This document shows, one piece after another, positions 7,641-19,600 of a DNA stretch of 20,000 nucleotides. The notes beneath the pieces were generated by a model that searched no databases, was not told the DNA's origin, and worked only from the letters and a program-made list of their open reading frames with translations. Source of the DNA: Mayamaea pseudoterrestris (lineage: Eukaryota); contig BROI01000039.1 in assembly GCA_027923505.1 (NCBI GenBank), positions 106,480-126,479 of the forward strand. The letters are read 5' to 3'. The position numbers were made by a program, and so were the translations under genes. Positions within the stretch are counted from its first letter, which is position 1. Every line of letters begins with the position of its first letter.

Positions 7641-10600
7641 TCTCAGCCTGCAGATGCCTTGGCATTCAAAACGCACCTACAGCAGGCCATGTATATACCC
7701 AAATGACACCAGAATGGTGCTAACATCATTATTCAGGCTGCGCTACAAGATGGTAGGCTTGGCTGGTGTCTCAGGGCATGGCTTTGTATTTGGTGACAAC
7801 TTGTCACCAGTCTCAGCCTGCAGATGCCGTGACATTCAAACGCCCCTACAGCAAGCCCTGTAGGTGCCCAAAATACACCAGAATGGTGCCAACGTCATTG
7901 TTCAGGCTGCGCTACAAGATGGCAGGCTTGGCTGGTGTCTCAGGGGATGGCAATGATATTGGTGACAACTTGTCACCAGTCTCAGCCCGCGGATGCCGTG
8001 ACATTCAAACGCCCCTACAGCAGGCTATGTATACACCCAAATGACACCAGAATGGTGCCAACATCATTATTCAGGCTGCGCTACAAGATGGTATGCCTGG
8101 CTAGTGTCTGAGGGGATGGCAATGTTATTGGTGACAACTTGTCACCAGTCTCAGATTACTGATGCCGTGACATTCAAATGCCCCTACAGCAGGCCATGTA
8201 TACACCCAAGCTACACCAGAATGGTGCCAACATCAATATAAAAGCTGCGCTACAAGATGGTATGCCTGGCTGGTGTCTCAGGGGACGGCAATGATATTGG
8301 TGACAACTTGTCACCAGTCTCAGCCTGCAGATGCCATTACATTCAAACGCGCCTACAGCAGGCCATGTATAAACCCAAATGACACCAGAATGGTGCTAAC
8401 AACATTATAAAACCTGCGCTACAAGATGGTATGCCTGGCTAGTGTCTCAGGGGACGGCAATGATATTGGTGACAGATGCCGTGACATTCAAACACCCCTA
8501 CAGCAGGCCATGTATACACCCAAATAACACCATAATGGTGCCAACGTCATTATTCAGGCTGGGCTACAAGATGGTATGCCTGGCTAGTGTCTCAGGGGAC
8601 GGCAATGATATTGGTGACAACTTGTCACCAGATGCCCGGCATTCAACCTACAGCAGGCCATGTATATACCCAAATGACACAAGAATGGTGCCAACATCAT
8701 TTTTCAGGCTGCGCTAAAAGATGATATGCCTGGCTAGTGTCTCAGGGCATGGGGATAGACAACTTGTCACCAGTCTCAGCCTGCAGATGCCGTGACATTC
8801 AAACGCCCCTACAGCAAGCCCTGTAGGTGCCCAAAATACACCAGAATGGTGCCAACGTCATTATTCAGGCTGCGCTACAAGATGGTAGGCTTGGCTGGTG
8901 TCTCAGGGGATGGCAATGATATTGGTGACAACTTGTCACCAGTCTCAACCCGCTGATGCCGTGACATTCAAACGCCCCTACAGCAGGCCATGTATACACC
9001 CAAATGACACCAGAATGTTGCCAACATCATCATTCAGGCTGCGCTACAAGATGGTATGCCTGGCTAGTGTCTGAGGGGATGGCAATGTTATTGGTGACAA
9101 CTTGTCACCAGTCTCAGATTACTGATGCCGTGACATTCAAATGCCCCTACAGCAGGCCATGTATACACCCAAATGACACCAGAATGGTGCCAACATCATT
9201 ATTCAGGCTGCGCTACAAGATGGTATGCCTGGCTAGTGTCTCAGGGGATGGCAATGATATTGGTGACAACTTGTCACCAGTCTCAGCCTGCAGATGCCAT
9301 TACATTCAAACGCGCCTACAGCAGGCCATGTATAAACCCCAATGACACCAGAATGGTGCTAGGGTAACTTCATTATACAACCTGCACTACAAGATGGTAT
9401 GCCTGGCAAGTGTCTCAGGGGACGGCAATGTGATTGGTGAGTAGTTCTCACCAGTCTCATCCCACAGATGCCGTGACATTCAAACACCCCTACAGCAGGC
9501 CATGTATACAACCAAATGATACCAGAATGTTGCCAACATCATTATTCAGGCTGCGCTACAAGATGGTATGCCTGACTAGTGTAGTGTCTCAGGGGACGGC
9601 AATGATATTGGTGACAACTTGTCACCAGTCTCAGCCTGCAGATGCCGTGACATTCAAACGCCCCTACAGCAGGCCATGTATACACCCAAATGACACCAGA
9701 ATGGTGCCAACTTCATTATACAACCTGCGCTACAAGATGGTTTGCCTGGTTAGTGTCTCAGGGGATGGCAATGTGAGTGGTGAGTAGTTCTCACCAGTCT
9801 CATCCCACAGATGCCGTGACATTCAAACGCCTTTACAGCAGGCCATGTATAAACCCATATAATACCAGAATGGTGCCAACATCATTGTTCAGGCTGCGCT
9901 ACAAGATGGTAGGCTTGGCTAGTGTCTCAGGGGACGGCAATGATATTGGTGACAACTTGTCACCAGTCTCAGCCTGCAGATGCCGTGACATTCAAACGCC
10001 CCTACAGCAGGCCATGTATACACCCAAATGACACCAGAATGGTGCCAACATCATTATTCAGGCTGCGCTACAAGATGGTATGCCTGGCTAGTGTCTCAGG
10101 GGACGGCAATGATATTGGTGACAACTTGTCACCAGTCTCAGCCTGCGGATGCCGTGACATTCAAACGCCCCTACAGCAGGCCATGTATACACCCAAATGA
10201 CACCAGAATGGTGCCAACATCATTATTCAGGCTGCGCTACAAGACGGTATGCCTGGCTAGTGTCTCAGGGGACGGCAATGATATTGGTGACAACTTGTCA
10301 CCAGTCTCAGCCTGCAGATGCCATGACATTCAGACGCCCCTACAGCAGGCCATGTATACACCCAAATGACACCAGAATGGTGCCAACATCATTATTCAGG
10401 CTGCGCTACAAGATGGTATGCCTGGCTAGTGTCTCAGGGGACGGCAATGATATTGGTGACAACTTGTCACCAGTCTCAGCCTGCAGATGCCGTGACATTC
10501 GAACGCCCCTTCAGCAGGCCATGAATATATCCAAATGACACCAGATTGGTGCCAACATTAATCATTATTCAGGCTGCGCTACAAGATGGTATGCCTGGCT

Positions 10601-13600
10601 AGTGTCTCAGGGGACGGCAATGATATTGGTGACAACTTGTCACCAGTCTCAGCCTGCAGATGCCGTGACATTCAAACGCCCCTTCAGCAGGCCATGTATA
10701 CACCCAAATGACACCAGAATGGTGCCAACATCATTATTCAGGCTGAGCTACAAGATGGTATGCCTGGCTAGTGTCTCAGGGGACGGCAATGATATTGGTG
10801 ACAACTTGTCACCAGTCTCAGCCTGCAGATGCCGTGACATTCAAATGCCCTTACAGCAGGCCATGTATACACCCAAATGACACCAGAATGGTGCCAACAT
10901 CATTATTCAGGCTGCGCTACAAGATGGTATGCCTGGCTAGTGTCTCAGGGGACGGCAATGATATTGGTGACAACTTGTCACCAGTCTCAGCCCGCGGATG
11001 CCGTGACATTCAAACGCCCCTACAGCAGGCCATGTATACACCCAAATGACACCAGAATGGTGCCAACATCATTATTCAGGCTGCGCTACAAGATGGTATG
11101 CCTGGCTAGTGTCTCAGGGGACGGCAATGATATTGGTGACAACTTGTCACCAGTCTCAGCCCGCGGATGCCGTGACATTCAAACGCCCCTACAGCAGGCC
11201 ATGTATACACCCAAATGACACCAGAATGGTGCCAACATCATTATTCAGGCTGCGCTACAAGATGGTATGCCTGGCTAGTGTCTCAGGGGACGGCAATGAT
11301 ATTGGTGACAACTTGTCACCAGTCTCAGCCTGCAGATGCCGTGACATTCAAACGCCCCTACAGCAGGCCATGTATACACCCAAATGACACCAGAATGGTG
11401 CCAACATCATTATTCAGGCTGCGCTACAAGATGGTATGCCTGGCTAGTGTCTCAGGGGACGGCAATGATATTGGTGACAACTTGTCACCAGTCTCAGCCT
11501 GCAGATGCCGTGACATTCAAACGCCCCTACAGCAGGCCATGTATACACCCAAATGACACCAGAATGGTGCCAACATCATTATTCAGGCTGCGCTACAAGA
11601 TGGTATGCCTGGCTAGTGTCTCAGGGGAGGGCAATGATATTGGTGACAACTTGTCACCAGTCTCAGCCCGCAGATGCCGTGACATTCAAACGCCCCTACA
11701 GCAGGCCATGTATACACCCAAATGACACCAGAATGGTGCCAACATCATCATTCAGGCTGTGCTACAAGAGGGTATGCCTGGCTAGTGTCTCAGGGGACGG
11801 CAATGATATTGGTGACAACTTGTCACCAGTCTCAGCCTGCAGATGCCGTGACATTCAAACGCCCCTACAGCAGGCCATGTATACACCCAAATGACACCAG
11901 AATGGTGCCAACATCATTATTCAGGCTGCGCTACAAGATGGTATGCCTGGCTAGTGTCTCAGGGGACGGCAATGATATTGGTGACAACTTGTCACCAGTC
12001 TCAGCCTGCAGATGCCGTGACATTCAAACGCCCCTACAGCAGGCCATGTATACACCCAAATGACACCAGAATGGTGCCAACATCATTATTCAGGCTGCGC
12101 TACAAGATGGTATGCCTGGCTAGTGTCTCAGGGGACGGCAATGATATTGGTGACAACTTGTCACCAGTCTCAGCCCGCGGATGCCGTGACATTCAAACGC
12201 CCCTACAGCAGGCCATGACTATACCCAAATGACACCAGAATGGTGCCAACATCATTATTCAGGCTGCGCTACAAGATGGTATGCCTGGCTAGTGTCTCAG
12301 GGGACAGCAATGATATTGGTGACAACTTGTCACCAGTCTCAGCCTGCAGATGCCGTGACATTCAAACGCCCCTACAGCAGGCCATGTATACCCAAATGAC
12401 ACCAGAATGGTGCCAACATCATTATTCAGGCTGCGCTACAAGATGGTATGCCTGGCTAGTGTCTCAGGGGACGGCAATGATATTGGTGACAACTTGTCAC
12501 CAGTCTCAGCCTGCAGATGCCGTGACATTCAAACGCCCCTACAGCAGGCCATGAATATACCCAAATGACACCAGAATGGTGCCAACATCATTATTCAGGC
12601 TGCGCTACAAGATGGTATGCCTGGCTAGTGTCTCAGGGGACGGCAATGATATTGGTGACAACTTGTCACCAGTCTCAGCCCGCAGATGCCGTGACATTCA
12701 AACGCCCCTACAGCAGGCCATGAATATACCCAAATGACACCAGATTGGTGCCAACATCATTATTCAGGCTGCGCTACAAGATGGTATGCCTGGCTAGTGT
12801 CTCAGGGGACGGCAATGATATTGGTGACAACTTGTCACCAGTCTCAGCCTGCAGATGCCGTGACATTCAAATGCCCCTACAGCAGGCCATGTATACACCC
12901 AAATGACACCAGAATGGTGCCAACATCATTATTCAGGCTGCGCTACAAGATGGTATGCCTGGCTAGTGTCTCAGGGGACGGCAATGATATTGGTGACAAC
13001 TTGTCACCAGTCTCAGCCCGCAGATGCCGTGACATTCAAACGCCCCTACAGCAGGCCATGACTATACCCAAATGACACCAGAATGGTGCCAACATCATTA
13101 TTCAGGCTGCGCTACAAGATGGTATGCCTGGCTAGTGTCTCAGGGGACGGCAATGATATTGGTGACAACTTGTCACCAGTCTCAGCCTGCAGATGCCGTG
13201 ACATTCAAACGCCCCTACAGCAGGCCATGAATACACCCAAATGACACCAGAATGGTGCCAACATCATTATTCAGGCTGCGCTACAAGATGGTATGCCTGG
13301 TTAGTGTCTCAGGTGACAGCAATGATAGTGGTGACGACTTGTACCAGTCTCAGCCTGCAGATGCCGTGACATTCAAACGCCCTCACAGCAGGCCATGTAT
13401 ACACCCAAATGACACTAAAATGGTGCCAACATCATTATTCAGGCTGCGCTACAAGATGGTATGCCTGGCTAGTGTCTCAGGGGACGGCAATGATATTGGT
13501 GACAACTTGTCACCAGTCTCAGCCCGCAGATGCCGTGACATTCAAACGCCCCTACAGCAGGCCATGTATACACCCAAATGACACCAGAATGGTGCCAACA

Positions 13601-16600
13601 TCATTATTCAGGCTGCGCTACAAGATGGTATGCCTGGCTAGTGTCTCAGGGGACGGCAATGATATTGGTGACAACTTGTCACCAGTCTCAGCCTGCAGAT
13701 GCCGTGACATTCAAACACACCTACAGCAGGCCATGTATACACCCAAATGACACCAGAATGGTGCCAACATCATTATTCAGGCTGCGCTACAAGATGGTAT
13801 GCCTGGATAGTGTCTCAGGGGACGGCAATGTGATTGGTGACAACTTGTCACCAGTCTCAGCCTGCAGATGCTGTGACATTCAAACGCCCCTACAGCAGGC
13901 CATGTGTACACCCAAATGACACCAGAATGGTGCCAACATCATTATTCAGGCTGCGCTACAAGATGGTATGCCTGGCTAGTGTCTCAGGGGACGGCAATGA
14001 TATTGGTGACAACTTGTCACCAGTCTCAGCCCGCGGATGCCGTGACATTCAAACGCCCCTACAGCAGGCCATGTATACACCCAAATGACACCAGAATGGT
14101 GCCAACATCATTATTCAGGCTGCGCTACAAGATGGTATGCCTGGCTAGTGTCTCAGGGGACAGGAATTGGTGACAACTTGTCACCAGTCTCAGCCTGCAG
14201 ATGCCGTGACATTCAAACGCCCCTACAGCAGGCCATGTATACGCCCAAATGACACCAGAATGGTGCCAACATCATTATTCAGGCTGCGCTACAAGATGGT
14301 ATGCCTGGCTAGTGTCTCAGGGGACGGCAATGATATTGGTGACAACTTGTCACCAGTCTCAGCCTGCAGATGCCGTGACATTCAAACGCCCCTACAGCAG
14401 GCCATGTATACACCCAAATGACACCAGAATGGTGCCAACATCATTATTCAGGCTGCGCTACAAGATGGTATGCCTGGCTAGTGTCTCAGGGGACGGCAAT
14501 GATATTGGTGACAACTTGTCACCAGTCTCAGCCTGCAGATGCCGTGACATTCAAACGCCCCTACAGCAGGCCATGTATACACCCAAATGACACCAGAATG
14601 GTGCCAACATCATTATTCAGGCTGCGCTACAAGATGGTATGCCTGGCTAGTGTCTCAGGGGACGGCAATGATATTGGTGACAACTTGTCACCAGTCTCAG
14701 CCTGCAGATGCCGTGACATTCAAACGCCCCTACAGCAGGCCATGTATACACCCAAATGACACCAGAATGGTGCCAACATCATTATTCAGGCTGCGCTACA
14801 AGATGGTATGCCTGGCTAGTGTCTCAGGGGACGGCAATGATATTGGTGACAACTTGTCACCAGTCTCAGCCTGCAGATGCCGTGACATTCAAACGCCCCT
14901 ACAGCAGGCCATGTATACACCCAAATGACACCAGAATGGTGCCAACATCATTATTCAGGCTGCGCTACAAGATGGTATGCCTGGCTAGTGTCGCAGGGGA
15001 TGGCAACGATATTGGTGACAACTTGTCACCAGTCTCAGCCTGCAGATGCCGTGACATTCAAACGCCCCTACAGCAGGCCATGTATACACCCAAATGACAC
15101 CAGAATGGTGCCAACATCATTATTCAGGCTGCGCTACAAGATGGTATGCCTGGCTAGTGTCTCAGGGGACGGCAATGATATTGGTGACAACTTGTCACCA
15201 GTCTCAGCCTGCAGATGCCGTGACATTCAAACGCCCCTACAGCAGGCCATGTATACACCCAAATGACACCAGAATGGTGCCAACATCATTATTCAGGCTG
15301 CGCTACAAGATGGTATGCCTGGCTAGTGTCTCAGGGGACAGCAATGATATTGGTGACAACTTGTCACCAGTCTCAGCCTGCAGATGCCGTGACATTCAAA
15401 CGCCCCTACAGCAGGCCATGTATACACCCAAATGACACCAGAATGGTGCCAACATCATTATTCAGGCTGCGCTACAAGATGGTATGCCTGGCTAGTGTCT
15501 CAGGGGACGGCAATGATATTGGTGACAACTTGTCACCAGTCTCAGCCTGCAGATGCCGTGACATTCAAATGCCCCTACAGCAGGCCATGTATACACCCAA
15601 ATGACACCAGAATGGTGCCAACATCATTATTCAGGCTGCGCTACAAGATGGTATGCCTGGCTAGTGTCTCAGGGGACGGCAATGATATTGGTGACAACTT
15701 GTCACCAGTCTCAGCCTGCAGATGCCGTGACATAAAACGCCCCTACAGCAGGCCATGTATACACCCAAATGACACCAGAATGGTGCCAACATCATTATTC
15801 AGGCTGCGCTACAAGATGGTATGCCTGGCTAGTGTCTCAGGGGACGGCAATGATATTGGTGACAACTTGTCACCAGTCTCAGCCTGCAGATGCCGTGACA
15901 TTCAAACGCCCCTACAGCAGGCCATGTATACACCCAAATGACACCAGAATGGTGCCAACATCATTATTCAGGCTGCGCTACAAGATGGTATGCCTGGCTA
16001 GTGTCTCAGGGGACGGCAATGATATTGGTGACAACTTGTCACCAGTCTCAGCCTGCAGATGCCGTGACATTCAAACGCCCCTACAGCAGGCCATGTATAC
16101 ACCCAAATGACACCAGAATGGTGCCAACATCATTATTCAGGCTGCGCTACAAGATGGTATGCCTGGCTAGTGTCTCAGGGGACGGCAATGATATTGGTGA
16201 CAACTTGTCACCAGTCTCAGCCTGCAGATGCCGTGACATTCAAACGCCCCTACAGCAGGCCATGTATACACCCAAATGACACCAGAATGGTGCCAACATC
16301 ATTATTCAGGCTGCGCTACAAGATGGTATGCCTGGCTAGTGTCTCAGGGGACGGCAATGATATTGGTGACAACTTGTCACCAGTCTCAGCCTGCAGATGC
16401 CGTGACATTCAAACGCCCCTACAGCAGGCCATGTATACACCCAAATGACACCAGAATGGTGCCAACATCATTATTCAGGCTGCGCTACAAGATGGTATGC
16501 CTGGCTAGTGTCTCAGGGGACGGCAATGATATTGGTGACAACTTGTCACCAGTCTCAGCCTGCAGATGCCGTGACATTCAAACGCCCCTACAGCAGGCCA

Positions 16601-19600
16601 TGTATACACCCAAATGACACCAGAATGGTGCCAACATCATTATTCAGGCTGCGCTACAAGATGGTATGCCTGGCTAGTGTCTCAGGGGACGGCAATGATA
16701 TTGGTGACAACTTGTCACCAGTCTCAGCCTGCAGATGCCGTGACATTCAAACGCCCCTACAGCAGGCCATGTATACACCCAAATGACACCAGAATGGTGC
16801 CAACATCATTATTCAGGCTGCGCTACAAGATGGTATGCCTGGCTAGTGTCTCAGGGGACAGCAATGATATTGGTGACAACTTGTCACCAGTCTCAGCCTG
16901 CAGATGCCGTGACATTCAAACGCCCCTACAGCAGGCCATGTATACACCCAAATGACACCAGAATGGTGCCAACATCATTATTCAGGCTGCGCTACAAGAT
17001 GGTATGCCTGGCTAGTGTCTCAGGGGACGGCAATGATATTGGTGACAACTTGTCACCAGTCTCAGCCTGCAGATGCCGTGACATTCAAACGCCCCTACAG
17101 CAGGCCATGTATACACCCAAATGACACCAGAATGGTGCCAACATCATTATTCAGGCTGCGCTACAAGATGGTATGCCTGGCTAGTGTCTCAGGGGACGGC
17201 AATGATATTGGTGACAACTTGTCACCAGTCTCAGCCTGCAGATGCCGTGACATTCAAACGCCCCTACAGCAGGCCATGTATACACCCAAATGACACCAGA
17301 ATGGTGCCAACATCATTATTCAGGCTGCGCTACAAGATGGTATGCCTGGCTAGTGTCTCAGGGGACGGCAATGATATTGGTGACAACTTGTCACCAGTCT
17401 CAGCCTGCAGATGCCGTGACATTCAAACACCCCTACAGCAGGCCATGACTATACCCAAATGACACCAGAATGGTGCCAACATCATTATTCAGGCTGCGCT
17501 ACAAGATGGTATGCCTGGCTAGTGTCTCAGGGGACGGCAATGATATTGGTGACAACTTGTCACCAGTCTCAGCCTGCGGATGCCGTGACATTCAAACGCC
17601 CCTACAGCAGGCCATGTATACACCCAAATGACACCAGAATGGTGCCAACATCATTATTCAGGCTGCGCTACAAGATGGTATGCCTGGCTAGTGTCTCAGG
17701 GGACGGCAATGATATTGGTGACAACTTGTCACCAGTCTCAGCCTGCAGATGCCGTGACATTCAAACGCCCCTACAGCAGGCCATGTATACACCCAAATGA
17801 CACCAGAATGGTGCCAACATCATTATTCAGGCTGCGCTACAAGATGGTATGCCTGGCTAGTGTCTCAGGGGAAGATATTGGTGACAACTTGTCACCAGTC
17901 TCAGCCTGCGGATGCCGTGACATTCAAACGCCCCTACAGCAGGCCATGTATACACCCAAATGACACCAGAATGGTGCCAACATCATTATTCAGGCTGCGC
18001 TACAAGATGGTATGCCTGGCTAGTGTCTCAGGGGACGGCAATGATATTGGTGACAACTTGTCACCAGTCTCAGCCCGCAGATGCCGTGACATTCAAACGC
18101 CCCTACAGCAGGCCATGTATACACCCAAATGACACCAGAATGGTGCCAACATCATTATTCAGGCTGCGCTACAAGATGGTATGCCTGGCTAGTGTCTCAG
18201 GGGACGGCAATGATATTGGTGACAACTTGTCACCAGTCTCAGCCTGCAGATGCCGTGACATTCAAACGCCCCTACAGCAGGCCATGTATACACCCAAATG
18301 ACACCAGAATGGTGCCAACATCATTATTCAGGCTGCGCTACAAGATGGTATGCCTGGCTAGTGTCTCAGGGGACGGCAATGATATTGGTGACAACTTGTC
18401 ACCAGTCTCAGCCCGCAGATGCCGTGACATTCAAACGCCCCTACAGCAAGCCCTGTAGGCACCCAAATGACACCAGAATGGTGCCAACATCATTATTCAG
18501 GCTGCGCTACAAGATGGTATGCCTGGCTAGTGTCTCAGGGGATGGCAATGATATTGGTGACAACTTGTCACCAGTCTCAGCCTGCAGATGCCGTGACATT
18601 CAAACGCCCCTACAGCAGGCCATGTATACACCCAAATGACACCAGAATGGTGCCAACATCATTATTCAGGCTGCGCTACAAGATGGTATGCCTGGCTAGT
18701 GTCTCAGGGGACGGCAATGATATTGGTGACAACTTGTCACCAGTCTCAGCCTGCAGATGCCGTGACATTCAAACGCCCCTACAGCAGGCCATGTATACAC
18801 CCAAATGACACCAGAATGGTGCCAACATCATTATTCAGGCTGCGCTACAAGATGGTATGCCTGGCTAGTGTCTCAGGGGACGGCAATGATATTGGTGACA
18901 ACTTGTCACCAGTCTCAGCCTGCAGATGCCGTGACATTCAAACGCCCTTCAGCAGGCCATGTATACACCCAAATGACACCAGAATGGTGCCAACATCATT
19001 ATTCAGGCTGCGCTACAAGATGGTATGCCTGGCTAGTGTCTCAGGGGACGGCAATGATATTGGTGACAACTTGTCACCAGTCTCAGCCTGCAGATGCCGT
19101 GACATTCAAACACCCCTACAGCAGGCCATGTATATACCCAAATGTCACCAGAATATTGCTAACATCATCATTCCGGCTGCGCTACAATATGGTATGCCTG
19201 GCTAGTGTCTCAGGGGACGGCAATGATATTGGTGACAACTTGTCACCAGTCTCAGCCCTGCAGATGCCATGACATTCAAACGCACCTACAGCAGGCCATC
19301 TAGATCCACACATAACGCCACAATCTTGCCATCATCATCATTCAGGCTGCGCTACAAGATGGTATGCCTGGCTAGTGTCTCAGGGGACGGCAATGATATT
19401 GGTGACAACTTGTCACCAGTCTCAGCCTGCGGATGCCGTGACATTCAAACGCCCCTACAGCAGGCCATGACTATACCCAAATGACACCAGAATGGTGCCA
19501 ACATCATTATTCAGGCTGTGCTACAAGATGGTATGCCTGGCTAGTGTCTCAGGGGACGGCAATGATATTGGTGACAACTTGTCACCAGTCTCAGCCCGCG

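Noticed and set aside
9359..9366. 5-bp insertion giving ctagggta, resembling a telomeric TTAGGG fragment
   Set aside because: It is a single imperfect unit, too short to claim telomerase-mediated healing.
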